NCBI RefSeq assembly: GCF_009914755.1
Contig: NC_060925.1
DNA: 64,000 nt
DNA from: the human T2T-CHM13v2.0 reference genome, Homo sapiens
Reading direction: 5' to 3' (one strand)
The notes under the pieces were generated by a model that was not told the DNA's origin, did no database searches, and worked only from the letters and a program-made list of their open reading frames with translations. A program made the position numbers and the translations under genes. Below are positions 39,785 through 54,600 of the stretch, piece by piece; position 1 is the stretch's first letter, and each line of letters opens with the position of its first letter.

Positions 39785-42164
39785 TTACATGAAAAAAACC
39801 CGTTTCCAACGAAGGCCTCTAAGTGGTCAAAATATCCACGTGCAGACTTTACAAACAGAGTGTTTCCAAACCGCTGAATGAAAAGAAAAGTTAAACTCTG
39901 AGAGTTGAACGCACACATCACGCAGCAGTTTCTGAGAATGATTCTGTCTAGTTTTTATACGAAGATATTTCCTTTTCTGCCTTTGGCCCCAAAGCGCTTG
40001 AAATCTCCACTTGCAAATTCCACAAAAACAGTGTTTCAAATCTGCTCTCTCTAAATGAAAGTTCAACTCTGTCAGTTGAATACACACAACACAAGGAAGT
40101 TACTGAGAATTCTTCTGTCTAGCATAATATGAAGAAATCCCGTTTCCAACGAAGGCCTCAAAGGGGTCTGAATATCCACTTGCAGACTTTATAAACAGAG
40201 TGTTTACTAACTGCTCTATGAAAAGAAAGGTTAAACTCTGTGAGTTGAACACACACATCACAAAGGAGTTTCTGAGAATCATTCTGTCTAGTTTTTCTAC
40301 GAAGATATTTCCTTTTCTACTATTGACCTGAAAGCGGCTGAAATCTCCACTTGCAAATTCCACAAAAAGAGTGTTTCAAGTCTGCTCTGTGTAAAGGATC
40401 GTTCAACTCTGTGAGTTGAATACACACAACACAAGGAAGTTACTGAGAATTCTTCTGTCTAGCAGAATAGGAAGAAATCCCGTTTCCAACGAAGGCCTCA
40501 AAGAAGTCTGAATATCCACTTGCAGACTTTACAAACAGAGTGTTTCCTAACTGCTCTATGAAAAGAAAAGTTAAACTCTGTGAGTTGAACGCACACATCA
40601 CAAAGGAGTTTCTGAGAATCGTTCTGTCTAGTTTCTATAGGAAGATATTTCCTATTCTACCATTGACCTCAAAGCGGCTGAAATCTCCACTTGCAAATTC
40701 CACAAAAAGAATGTTTCAAGTCTGCTCTGTGTAAAGGATCGTTCAACTCTGTGAGTTGAATACACACAACACAAGGAAGTTACTGAGAATTATTCTGTCT
40801 AGCATAATATGAAGAAATCCCGTTTCCAGCGAAGGCCTCAAAGAGGTCTGAATATCCACTTGCAGACTTTACAAACAGAGTGTTTCCTAACTGCTCTATG
40901 AAAAGAAAAGTTAAACTCTGTGAGGTGGACGCACACATCACAAAGGAGTTTCTGAGAATCGTTCTGTCTAGTTTCTATAGGAAGATATTTCCTATTCTAC
41001 CATTGACCTCAAAGCGGCTGAAATCTCCACTTGCAAATTCCACAAAAAGAATGTTTCAAGTCTGCTCTGTGTAAAGGATCGTTCAACTCTGTGAGTAGAA
41101 TACACACAACACAAGGAAGTTACTGAGAATTCTTCTGTCTAGCAGAATATGAAGAAATCCCGTTTCCAACGAAGGCCTCAAGGAGGTCTGAATATCCACT
41201 TGCAGACTTTACAAACAGAGTGTTTCCTAACTGCTCTATGAACAGAAAGGTTTAACTCTGTGAGTTGAACGCACACATCACAATGGAGTTTCTGAGAATC
41301 ATTCTGTCTCGTCTTTATACGAAGATATTTACTTTTCTACCATTGACCTCAAAGCGGCTGAAATCTCCACTTGCAAATTCGACAAGAAGAGTGTTTCAAG
41401 CCTGCTCTCTGTAAAGGATCCTTCAAATCTGTGAGTTGAATACACACAACACAAGGAAGTTACTGAGAATTATTCTGTCTAGCAGAATATGAAGAAATCC
41501 CGTTTCCAACGAAGGCCTCAAAGAGGTCTGAATATCCACTTGCAGACTTTACAAACAGAGTGTTTCCTAACTGCTCTATGAGAAGAAAAGTTAAACTCTG
41601 TGAGTTGAACACACACATCACAAAAGATTTTCTGAGAATCATTCTGTCTAGTCTTTATATGAAGATAGTTTCCTTTTCTACCATTGACCTCAAAGCGGCT
41701 GAAATCTCCACTTGCAAATTCCACAAAAAGAGTGTTTCAAGTCTGCTCTGTGTAAAGGATCGTTCAACTCTGTGAGTTGAATACACACAACACAAGGAAG
41801 TTACTGAGAATTCTTCTGTCTAGCAGAATATGAAGAAATCCCGTTTCCAACGAAGGCCACAAGATGTCAGAATATCCACTTGCAGACTTTACAAACAGAG
41901 TGTTTCCTAACTGCTCTATGAACAGAAAGGTTAAACTCTGTGAGTTGAACGAACACATCACAACGCAGTTTGTGGGAATGATTCTGTCTAGTTTTGAAAC
42001 GAAGATATTTCCTTTTCTGCCGTTGACCTTAAAGCGCTTGAAATCTACACTTGCAAATTGCACAAATAGAGTGTTTCCAATCTGCTCTGTCTAAGGGAAC
42101 GTTCAACTCTGTGAGTTGAATGCACACAACACAAGGAAGTTACTGGGAATTCTTCTGTCTAGCC
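39785..42164 (-). repeat. HOR unit 15, 14-mer ABC(D/C)(E/F)GH
   Basis: 2380 bp; mosaic dimers at ~40805 and ~41145. Confidence 0.85.
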
Positions 42165-45100
42165 TTACATGAAAAAACCCGTTTCCAACGAAGGCCTCTA
42201 AGTGGTCAAAATATCCACGTGCAGACTTTACAAACAGAGTGTTTCCAAACCGCTGAATGAAAAGAAAAGTTAAACTCTGAGAGTTGAACGCACACATCAC
42301 GCAGCAGTTTCTGAGAATGATTCTGTCTAGTTTTTATACGAAGATATTTCCTTTTCTGCCTTTGGCCCCAAAGCGCTTGAAATCTCCACTTGCAAATTCC
42401 ACAAAAACAGTGTTTCAAATCTGCTCTCTCTAAATGAAAGTTCAACTCTGTCAGTTGAATACACACAACACAAGGAAGTTACTGAGAATTCTTCTGTCTA
42501 GCATAATATGAAGAAATCCCGTTTCCAACGAAGGCCTCAAAGGGGTCTGAATATCCACTTGCAGACTTTATAAACAGAGTGTTTACTAACTGCTCTATGA
42601 AAAGAAAGGTTAAACTCTGTGAGTTGAACACACACATCACAAAGGAGTTTCTGAGAATCATTCTGTCTAGTTTTTCTACGAAGATATTTCCTTTTCTACT
42701 ATTGACCTCAAAGCGGCTGAAATCTCCACTTGCAAATTCCACAAAAAGAGTGTTTCAAGTCTGCTCTGTGTAAAGGATCGTTCAACTCTGTGAGTTGAAT
42801 ACACACAACACAAGGAAGTTACTGAGAATTCTTCTGTCTAGCAGAATATGAAGAAATCCCGTTTCCAACGAAGGCCTCAAGGAGGTCTGAATATCCACTT
42901 GCAGACTTTACAAACAGAGTGTTTCCTAACTGCTCTATGAAAAGAAAGGTTAAACTCTGTGAGTTGGACGCACACATCACAAAGGAGTTTATGAGAATCA
43001 TTCTGTCTAGTTTCTATAAGAAGATATTTCCTATTCTACCATTGACCTCAAAGCGGCTGAAATCTCCACTTGCAAATTCCACAAAAAGAGTGTTTCAAGC
43101 CTGCTCTCTGTAAAGGATCCTTCAACTCTGCGAGTTGAATACACACAACACAAGGAAGTTACTGAGAATTCTTCTGTCTAGCAGAATATGAAGAAATCCC
43201 GTTTCCAACGAAGGCCTCAAAGAGGTCTGAATATCCACTTGCAGACTTTACAAACAGAGTGTTTCCTAACTGCTCTATGAGAAGAAAAGTTAAACTCTGT
43301 GAGTTGAACGCACACATCACAAAAGATTTTCTGAGAATCATTCTGTCTAGTCTTTATATGAAGATAGTTTCCTTTTCTACCATTGACCTCAAAGCGGCTG
43401 AAATCTCCACTTGCAAATTCCACAAAAAGAGTGTTTCAAGTCTGCTCTGTGTAAAGGATCGTTCAACTCTGTGAGTTGAATACACACAACACAAGGAAGT
43501 TACTGAGAATTCTTCTGTCTAGCAGAATATGAAGAAATCCCGTTTCCAACGAAGGCCACAAGATGTCAGAATATCCACTTACAGACTTTACAAACAGAGT
43601 GTTTCCTAACTGCTCTATGAACAGAAAGGTTAAACTCTGTGAGTTGAACGAACACATCACAACGCAGTTTGTGGGAATGATTCTGTCTAGTTTTGAAACG
43701 AAGATATTTCCTTTTCTGCAGTTGACCTTAAAGAGCTTGAAAACTACACTTGCAAATTGCACAAATAGACTGTTTCAAATCTGCTCTGTCTAAGGGAACG
43801 TTCAACTCTGTGAGTTGAATGCACACAACACAAGGAAGTTACTGGGAATTCTTCTGTCTAGCCTTACATGAAAAAAACCCGTTTCCAACGAAGGTCTCTA
43901 AGTGGTCAAAATTTCCACGTGCAGACTTTACAAACAGAGTGTTTCCAAACCGCTGAATGAAAAGAAAAGTTAAACTCTGAGAGTTGAAAGCACACATCAC
44001 GCAGCAGTTTCTGAGAATGATTCTGTCTAGTTTTTATACGAAGATATTTCCTTTTCTGCCTTTGGCCCCAAAGCGCTTGAAATCTCCACTTGCAAATTCC
44101 ACAAAAACAGTGTTTCAAATCTGCTCTCTCTAAATGAAAGTTCAACTCTGTCAGTTGAATACACACAACACAAGGAAGTTACTGAGAATTCTTCTGTCTA
44201 GCATAATATGAAGAAATCCCGTTTCCAACGAAGGCCTCAAAGGGGTCTGAATATCCACTTGCAGACTTTATAAACAGAGTGTTTACTAACTGCTCTATGA
44301 AAAGAAAGGTTAAACTCTGTGAGTTGAACACACACATCACAAAGGAGTTTCTGAGAATCATTCTGTCTAGTTTTTCTACGAAGATATTTCCTTTTCTACT
44401 ATTGACCTCAAAGCGGCTGAAATCTCCACTTGCAAATTCCACAAAAAGAGTGTTTCAAGTCTGCTCTGTGTAAAGGATCGTTCAACTCTGTGAGTTGAAT
44501 ACACACAACACAAGAAAGTTACTGAGAATTCTTCTGTCTAGCAGAATAGGAAGAAATCCCGTTTCCAACGAAGGCCTCAAAGAGGTCTGAATATCCACTT
44601 GCAGACTTTACAAACAGAGTGTTTCCTAACTGCTCTATGAACAGAAAGGTTAAACTCTGTGAGTTGAACGAACACATCACAACGCAGTTTGTGGGAATGA
44701 TTCTGTCTAGTTTTGAAACGAAGATATTTCCTTTTCTGCCGTTGACCTTAAAGCGCTTGAAATCTACACTTGCAAATTGCACAAATAGAGTGTTTCAAAT
44801 CTGCTCTGTCTAAGGGAACGTTCAACTCTTTGAGTTGAATGCACACAACACAAGGAAGTTACTGGGAATTCTTCTGTCTAGCCTTACATGAAAAAACCCG
44901 TTTCCAACGAAGGCCTCTAAGTGGTCAAAATATCCACGTGCAGACTTTACAAACAGAGTGTTTCCAAACCGCTGAATGAAAAGAAAAGTTAAACTCTGAG
45001 AGTTGAACGCACACATCACGCAGCAGTTTCTGAGAATGATTCTGTCTAGTTTTTATACGAAGATATTTCCTTTTCTGCCTTTGGCCCCAAAGCGCTTGAA

Positions 45101-46582
45101 ATCTCCACTTGCAAATTCCACAAAAACAGTGTTTCAAATCTGCTCTCTCTAAATGAAAGTTCAACTCTGTCAGTTGAATACACACAACACAAGGAAGTTA
45201 CTGAGAATTCTTCTGTCTAGCATAATATGAAGAAATCCCGTTTCCAACGAAGGCCTCAAAGGGGTCTGAATATCCACTTGCAGACTTTATAAACAGAGTG
45301 TTTACTAACTGCTCTATGAAAAGAAAGGTTAAACTCTGTGAGTTGAACACACACATCACAAAGGAGTTTCTGAGAATCATTCTGTCTAGTTTTTCTACGA
45401 AGATATTTCCTTTTCTACTATTGACCTCAAAGCGGCTGAAATCTCCACTTGCAAATTCCACAAAAAGAGTGTTTCAAGTCTGCTCTGTGTAAAGGATCGT
45501 TCAACTCTGTGAGTTGAATACACACAACACAAGGAAGTTACTGAGAATTCTTCTGTCTAGCAGAATATGAAGAAATCCCGTTTCCAACGAAGGCCTCAAG
45601 GAGGTCTGAATATCCACTTGCAGACTTTACAAACAGAGTGTTTCCTAACTGCTCTATGAAAAGAAAGGTTAAACTCTGTGAGTTGGACGCACACATCACA
45701 AAGGAGTTTATGAGAATCATTCTGTCTAGTTTCTATAAGAAGATATTTCCTATTCTACCATTGACCTCAAAGCGGCTGAAATCTCCACTTGCAAATTCGA
45801 CAAAAAGAGTGTTTCAAGCCTGCTCTCTGTAAAGGATCCTTCAACTCTGTGAGTTGAATACACACAACACAAGGAAGTTACTGAGAATTCTTCTGTCTAG
45901 CATAATATGAAGAAATCCCGTTTCCAACGAAGGCCTCAAAGAGGTCTGCATATCCACTTGCAGACTTTACAAACAGAGTGTTTCCTAACTGCTCTATGAG
46001 AAGAAAAGTTAAACTCTGTGAGTTGAACGCACACATCACAAAAGATTTTCTGAGAATCATTCTGTCTAGTCTTTATATGAAGATAGTTTCCTTTTCTACC
46101 ATTGACCTCAAAGCGGCTGAAATCTCCACTTGCAAATTCCACAAAAAGAGTGTTTCAAGTCTGCTCTGTGTAAAGGATCGTTCAACTCTGTGAGTTGAAT
46201 ACACACAACACAATGAAGTTACTGAGAATTCTTCTGTCTAGCAGAATATGAAGAAATCCCGTTTCCAACGAAGGCCACAAGATGTCAGAATATCCACTTA
46301 CAGACTTTACAAACAGAGTGTTTCCTAACTGCTCTATGAACAGAAAGGTTAAACTCTGTGAGTTGAACGAACACATCACAACGCAGTTTGTGGGAATGAT
46401 TCTGTCTAGTTTTGAAACGAAGATATTTCCTTTTCTGCCGTTGACCTTAAAGCGCTTGAAATCTACACTTGCAAATTGCACAAATAGAGTGTTTCAAATC
46501 TGCTCTGTCTAAGGGAACGTTCAACTCTGTGAGTTGAATGCACACAACACAAGGAAGTTACTGGGAATTCTTCTGTCTAGCC
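42165..46582 (-). repeat. HOR units 16-18: ABFGH (10-mer), AB(C/H) (6-mer), ABFGH (10-mer)
   Basis: Spacings 1699, 1020 and 1699 bp. Confidence 0.9.
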
Positions 46583-49500
46583 TTACATGAAAAAAACCCG
46601 TTTCCAACGAAGGCCTCTAAGTGGTCAAAATATCCACGTGCAGACTTTACAAACAGAGTGTTTCCAAAACGCTGAATGAAAAGAAAAGTTAAACTCTGAG
46701 AGTTGAACGCACACATCACGCAGCAGTTTCTGAGAATGATTCTGTCTAGTTTTTATACGAAGATATTTCCTTTTCTGCCTTTGGCCCCAAAGCGCTTGAA
46801 ATCTCCACTTGCAAATTCCACAAAAACAGTGTTTCAAATCTGCTCTCTCTAAATGAAAGTTCAACTCTGTCAGTTGAATACACACAACACAAGGAAGTTA
46901 CTGAGAATTCTTCTGTCTAGCATAATATGAAGAAATCCCGTTTCCAACGAAGGCCTCAAAGGGGTCTGAATATCCACTTGCAGACTTTATAAACAGAGTG
47001 TTTACTAACTGCTCTATGAAAAGAAAGGTTAAACTCTGTGAGTTGAACACACACATCACAAAGGAGTTTCTGAGAATCATTCTGTCTAGTTTTTCTACGA
47101 AGATATTTCCTTTTCTACTATTGACCTCAAAGCGGCTGAAATCTCCACTTGCAAATTCCACAAAAAGAGTGTTTCAAGTCTGCTCTGTGTAAAGGATCGT
47201 TCAACTCTGTGAGTTGAATACACACAACACAAGGAAGTTACTGAGAATTCTTCTGTCTAGCAGAATAGGAAGAAATCCCGTTTCCAACGAAGGCCTCAAA
47301 GAGGTCTGAATATCCACTTGCAGACTTTACAAACAGTGTTTCCTAACTGCTCTATGAAAAGAAAAGTTAAACTCTGTGGGTTGAACGCACACATCACAAA
47401 GGAGTTTCTGAGAATCGTTCTGTCTAGTTTCTATAGGAAGATATTTCCTATTCTACCATTGACCTCAAAGCGGCTGAAATCTCCACTTGCAAATTCCACA
47501 AAAAGAATGTTTCAAGTCTGCTCTGTGTAAAGGATCGTTCAACTCTGTGAGTTGAATACACACAACACAAGGAAGTTACTGAGAATTCTTCTGTCTAGCA
47601 TAATATGAAGAAATCCCGTTTCCAACGAAGGCCTCAAAGAGGTCTGAATATCCACTTGCAGACTTTACAAACAGAGTGTTTCCTAACTGCTCTATGAAAA
47701 GAAAAGTTAAACTCTGTGAGTTGAACGCACACATCACAAAGGAGTTTCTGAGAATCATTCTGTCTAGTCTTTATACGAAGATATTTCCTTTTCTACCATT
47801 GACCTCAAAGCGGCTGAAATCTCCACTTGCAAATTCCACAAAAAGAGTGTTTCAAGTCTGCTCTGTGTAAAGGATCGTTCAACTCTGTAAGTAGAATACA
47901 CACAACACAAGGAAGTTACTGAGAATTCTTCTGTCTAGCAGAATATGAAGAAATCCCGTTTCCAACGAAGGCTTCAAGGAGGTCTGAATATCCACTTGCA
48001 GACTTTACAAACAGAGTGTTTCCTAACTGCTCTATGAAAAGAAAGGTTAAACTCTGTGAGTTGAACGCACACATCACAACGCAGTTTGTGGGAATGATTC
48101 TGTCTAGTTTTGAAACGAAGATATTTCCTTTTCTGCCGTTGACCTTAAAGAGCTTGAAAACTACACTTGCAAATTGCACAAATAGAGTGTTTCAAATCTG
48201 CTCTGTCTAAGGGAACGTTCAACTCTGTGAGTTGAATGCACACAACACAAGGAAGTTACTGGGAATTCTTCTGTCTAGCCTTACATGAAAAAAACCCGTT
48301 TCCAACGAAGGCCTCTAAGTGGTCAAAATTTCCACGTGCAGACTTTACAAACAGAGTGTTTCCAAACCGCTGAATGAAAAGAAAAGTTAAACTCTGAGAG
48401 TTCAACGCACACATCACGCAGCAGTTTCTGAGAATGATTCTGTCTAGTTTTTATACGAAGATATTTCCTTTTCTGCCTTTGGCCCCAAAGCGCTTGAAAT
48501 CTCCACTTGCAAATTCCACAAAAACAGTGTTTCAAATCTGCTCTCTCTAAATGAAAGTTCAACTCTGTCAGTTGAATACACACAACACAAGGAAGTTACT
48601 GAGAATTCTTCTGTCTAGCATAATATGAAGAAATCCCGTTTCCAACGAAGGCCTCAAAGGGGTCTGAATATCCACTTGCAGACTTTATAAACAGAGTGTT
48701 TACTAACTGCTCTATGAAAAGAAAGGTTAAACTCTGTGAGTTGAACACACACATCACAAAGGAGTTTCTGAGAATCATTCTGTCTAGTTTTTCTACGAAG
48801 ATATTTCCTTTTCTACTATTGACCTCAAAGCGGCTGAAATCTCCACTTGCAAATTCCACAAAAAGAGTGTTTCAAGTCTGCTCTGTGTAAAGGATCGTTC
48901 AACTCTGTGAGTTGAATACACACAACACAAGGAAGTTACTGAGAATTCTTCTGTCTAGCAGAATAGGAAGAAATCCCGTTTCCAACGAAGGCCTCAAAGA
49001 GGTCTGAATATCCACTTGCAGACTTTACAAACAGAGTGTTTCCTAACTGCTCTATGAAAAGAAAGGTTAAACTCTGTGAGTTGAACGCACACATCACAAA
49101 GGAGTTTCTGAGAATCGTTCTGTCTAGTTTCTATAGGAAGATATTTCCTATTCTACCATTGACCTCAAAGCGGCTGAAATCTCCACTTGCAAATTCCACA
49201 AAAAGAATGTTTCAAGTCTGCTCTGTGTAAAGGATCGTTCAACTCTGTGAGTTGAATACACACAACACAAGGAAGTTACTGAGAATTCTTCTGTCTAGCA
49301 GAATATGAAGAAATCCCGTTTCCAACGAAGGCCTCAAAGAGGTCTGAATATCCACTTGCAGACTTTACAAACAGAGTGTTTCCTAACTGCTCTATGAAAA
49401 GAAAAGTTAAACTCTGTGAGTTGAACGCACACATCACAAAGGAGTTTCTGAGAATCATTCTGTCTAGTCTTTATACGAAGATATTTCCTTTTCTACCATT

Positions 49501-51677
49501 GACCTCAAAGCGGCTGAAATCTCCACTTGCAAATTCCACAAAAAGAGTGTTTCAAGTCTGCTCTGTGTAAAGGATCGTTCAACTCTGTGAGTTGAATACA
49601 CACAACACAAGGAAGTTACTGAGAATTCTTCTGTCTAGCAGAATATGAAGAAATCCCGTTTCCAACGAAGGCCACAAGATGTCAGAATATCCACTTACAG
49701 ACTTTACAAACAGAGTGTTTCCTAACTGCTCTATGAACAGAAAGGTTAAACTCTGTGAGTTGAACGAACACATCACAACGCAGTTTGTGGGAATGATTCT
49801 GTCTAGTTTTGAAACGAAGATATTTCCTTTTCTGCCGTTGACCTTAAAGAGCTTGAAAACTACACTTGCAAATTGCACAAATAGAGAGTTTCAAATCTGC
49901 TCTGTCTAAGGGAACGTTCAACTCTGTGAGTTGAATGCACACAACACAAGGAAGTTACTGGGAATTCTTCTGTCTAGCCTTACATGAAAAAAACCCGTTT
50001 CCAACGAAGTCCTCTAAGTGGTCAAAATATCCACGTGCAGACTTTACAAACAGAGTGTTTCCAAACCGCTGAATGAAAAGAAAAGTTAAACTCTGAGAGT
50101 TGAACGCACACATCACGCAGCAGTTTCTGAGAATGATTCTGTCTAGTTTTTATACGAAGATATTTCCTTTTCTGCCTTTGGCCCCAAAGCGCTTGAAATC
50201 TCCACTTGCAAATTCCACAAAAACAGTGTTTCAAATCTGCTCTCTCTAAATGAAAGTTCAACTCTGTCAGTTGAATACACACAACACAAGGAAGTTACTG
50301 AGAATTCTTCTGTCTAGCATAATATGAAGAAATCCCGTTTCCAACGAAGGCCTCAAAGGGGTCTGAATATCCACTTGCAGACTTTATAAACAGAGTGTTT
50401 ACTAACTGCTCTATGAAAAGAAAGGTTAAACTCTGTGAGTTGAACACACACATCACAAAGGAGTTTCTGAGAATCATTCTGTCTAGTTTTTCTACGAAGA
50501 TAATTCCTTTTCTACTATTGACCTCAAAGCGGCTGAAATCTCCACTTGCAAATTCCACAAAAAGAGTGTTTCAAGTCTGCTCTGTGTAAAGGATCGTTCA
50601 ACTCTGTGAGTTGAATACACACAACACAAGGAAGTTACTGAGAATTCTTCTGTCTAGCAGAATAGGAAGAAATCCCGTTTCCAACGAAGGCCTCAAGGAG
50701 GTCTGAATATCCACTTGCAGACTTTACAAACAGTGTTTCCTAACTGCTCTATGAAAAGAAAAGTTAAACTCTGTGGGTTGAACGCACACATCACAAAGGA
50801 GTTTCTGAGAATCGTTCTGTCTAGTTTCTATAGGAAGATATTTCCTATTCTACCATTGACCTCAAAGCGGCTGAAATCTCCACTTGCAAATTCCACAAAA
50901 AGAATGTTTCAAGTCTGCTCTGTGTAAAGGATCGTTCAACTCTGTGAGTTGAATACACACAACACAAGGAAGTTACTGAGAATTCTTCTGTCTAGCAGAA
51001 TATGAAGAAATCCCGTTTCCAACGAAGGCCTCAAAGAGGTCTGAATATCCACTTGCAGACTTTACAAACAGAGTGTTTCCTAACTGCTCTATGAAAAGAA
51101 AAGTTAAACTCTGTGAGTTGAACGCACACATCACAAAGGAGTTTCTGAGAATCATTCTGTCTAGTCTTTATACGAAGATATTTCCTTTTCTACCATTGAC
51201 CTCAAAGCGGCTGAAATCTCCACTTGCAAATTCCACAAAAAGAGTGTTTCAAGTCTGCTCTGTGTAAAGGATCGTACAACTCTGTGAGTTGAATACACAC
51301 AACACAAGGAAGTTACTGAGAATTCTTCTGTCTAGCAGAATATGAAGAAATCCCGTTTCCAACGAAGGCCTCAAGGAGGTCTGAATATCCACTTGCAGAC
51401 TGTATAAACAGAGTGTTTCCTAACTGCTCTATTAACAGAAAGGTTAAACTCTGTGAGTTGAACGAACACATCACAACGCAGTTTGTGGGAATGATTCTGT
51501 CTAGTTTTGAAACGAAGAAATTTCCTTTTCTGCCATTGACCTTAAAGCGCTTGAAATCTACACTTGCAAATTGCACAAATAGAGTGTTTCAAATCTGCTC
51601 TGTCTAAGGGAACGTTCAACTCTGTGAGTTGAATGCACACAACACAAGGAAGTTACTGGGAATTCTTCTGTCTAGCC
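46583..51677 (-). repeat. HOR units 19-21: ABCD+H-type 10-mers; units 19 and 21 end in hybrid H dimers
   Basis: Spacings 1698, 1699 and 1698 bp. Confidence 0.88.
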
Positions 51678-54600
51678 TTACATGAAGAAAACCCGTTTCC
51701 AACGAAGGCCTCTAAGAGGTCAAAATATCCACGTGCAGACTTTACAAAGAGAGTGTTTCCAAACCGCTGAATGAAAAGAAAAGTTAAACTCTGAGAGTTG
51801 AACGCAGACATCACGCAGCAGTTTCTGAGAATGATTCTGTCTAGTTTTTATACGAAGATATTTCCTTTTCTGCCTTTGGCCCCAAAGCGCTTGAAATCTC
51901 CACTTGCAAATTCCACAAAAACAGTGTTTCAAATCTGCTCTCTCTAAATGAAAGTTCAACTCTGTCAGTTGAATACACACAACACAAGGAAGTTACTGAG
52001 AATTCTTCTGTCTAGCATAATATGAAGAAATCCCGTTTCCAACGAAGGCCTCAAAGGGGTCTGAATATCCACTTGCAGACTTTATAAACAGAGTGTTTAC
52101 TAACTGCTCTATGAAAAGAAAGGTTAAACTCTGTGAGTTGAACACACACATCACAAAGGAGTTTCTGAGAATCATTCTGTCTAGTCTTTATACGAAGATA
52201 TTTACTTTTCTACCATTGACCTCAAAGCGGCTGAAATCTCCACTTGCAAATTCCACAAAAAGAGTGTTTCAAGTCTGCTCTGTGTAAAGGATCCTTCAAC
52301 TCTGTGAGTTGAATACACACAACACAAGGAAGTTACTGAGAATTCTTCTGTCTAGCAGAATATGAAGAAATCCCGTTTCCAACGAAGGCCTCAAGGAGGT
52401 CTGAATATCCACTTGCAGACTTTACAAACAGAGTGTTTCCTAACTGCTCTATGAACAGAAAGGTTAAACTCTGTGAGTTGAACGCACACATCACAAAGGA
52501 GTTTCTGAGAATCATTCTGTCTAGTCTTTATACGAAGATATTTACTTTTCTACCATTGACCTCAAAGCGGCTGAAATCTCCACTTGCAAATTCCACAAAA
52601 AGAGTGTTTCAAGTCTGCTCTGTGTAAAGGATCCTTCAACTCTGTGAGTTGAATACACACAACACAAGGAAGTTACTGAGAATTCTTCTGTCTAGCAGAA
52701 TATGAAGAAATCCCGTTTCCAACGAAGGCCTCAAAGAGGTCTGAATATCCACTTGCAGACTTTACAAACAGAGTGTTTCCTAACTGCTCTATGAGAAGAA
52801 AAGTTAAACTCTGTGAGTTGAACGCACACATCACAAAAGATTTTCTGAGAATCATTCTGTCTAGTCTTTATATGAAGATAGTTTCCTTTTCTACCATTGA
52901 CCTCAAAGCGGCTGAAATCTCCACTTGCAAATTCCACAAAAAGAGTGTTTCAAGTCTGCTCTGTGTAAAGGATCGTTCAACTCTGTGAGTTGAATACACA
53001 CAACACAAGGAAGTTACTGAGAATTCTTCTGTCTAGCAGAATATGAAGAAATCCCGTTTCCAACGAAGGCCACAAGATGTCAGAATATCCACTTGCAGAC
53101 TTTACAAACAGAGTGTTTCCTAACTGCTCTATGAACAGAAAGGTTAAACTCTGTGAGTTGAACGAACACATCACAACGCAGTTTGTGGGAATGATTCTGT
53201 CTAGTTTTGAAACGAAGATATTTCCTTTTCTGCCGTTGACCTTAAAGCGCTTGAAATCTACACTTGCAAATTGCACAAATAGAGTGTTTCAAATCTGCTC
53301 TGTCTAAGGGAACGTTCAACTCTGTGAGTTGAATGCACACAACACAAGGAAGTTACTGGGAATTCTTCTGTCTAGCCTTACATGAAAAAACCCGTTTCCA
53401 ACGAAGGCCTCTAAGTGGTCAAAATATCCACGTGCAGACTTTACAAACAGAGTGTTTCCAAACCGCTGAATGAAAAGAAAAGTTAAACTCTGAGAGTTGA
53501 ACGCACACATCACGCAGCAGTTTCTGAGAATGATTCTGTCTAGTTTTTATACGAAGATATTTCCTTTTCTGCCTTTGGCCCCAAAGCGCTTGAAATCTCC
53601 ACTTGCAAATTCCACAAAAACAGTGTTTCAAATCTGCTCTCTCTAAATGAAAGTTCAACTCTGTCAGTTGAATACACACAACACAAGGAAGTTACTGAGA
53701 ATTCTTCTGTCTAGCATAATATGAAGAAATCCCGTTTCCAACGAAGGCCTCAAAGGGGTCTGAATATCCACTTGCAGACTTTATAAACAGAGTGTTTACT
53801 AACTGCTCTATGAAAAGAAAGGTTAAACTCTGTGAGTTGAACACACACATCACAAAGGAGTTTCTGAGAATCATTCTGTCTAGTTTTTCTACGAAGATAT
53901 TTCCTTTTCTACTATTGACCTCAAAGCGGCTGAAATCTCCACTTGCAAATTCCACAAAAAGAGTGTTTCAAGTCTGCTCTGTGTAAAGGATCGTTCAACT
54001 CTGTGAGTTGAATACACACAACACAAGGAAGTTACTGAGAATTCTTCTGTCTAGCAGAATATGAAGAAATCCCGTTTCCAACGAAGGCCTCAAGGAGGTC
54101 TGAATATCCACTTGCAGACTTTACAAACAGAGTGTTTCCTAACTGCTCTATGAAAAGAAAGGTTAAACTCTGTGAGTTGGACGCACACATCACAAAGGAG
54201 TTTATGAGAATCATTCTGTCTAGTTTCTATAAGAAGATATTTCCTATTCTACCATTGACCTCAAAGCGGCTGAAATCTCCACTTGCAAATTCGACAAAAA
54301 GAGTGTTTCAAGCCTGCTCTCTGTAAAGGATCCTTCAACTCTGTGAGTTGAATACACACAACACAAGGAAGTTACTGAGAATTCTTCTGTCTAGCAGAAT
54401 ATGAAGAAATCCCGTTTCCAACGAAGGCCTCAAAGAGGTCTGAATATCCACTTGCAGACTTTACAAACAGAGTGTTTCCTAACTGCTCTATGAGAAGAAA
54501 AGTTAAACTCTGTGAGTTGAACGCACACATCACAAAAGATTTTCTGAGAATCATTCTGTCTAGTCTTTATATGAAGATAGTTTCCTTTTCTACCATTGAC

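Larger units (their letters stand above)
1..42164 (-). repeat. Domain 1: 16-mer-dominated HORs (16,16,24,16,16,16,16,14,24,16,16,14,14,16,14 monomers)
   Basis: The anchor ttacatgaa occurs at 1, 2721, 5441, 9522, 12252, 14971, 17690, 20410, 22789, 26869, 29588, 32306, 34685, 37065, 39785 and 42165. Confidence 0.95.
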
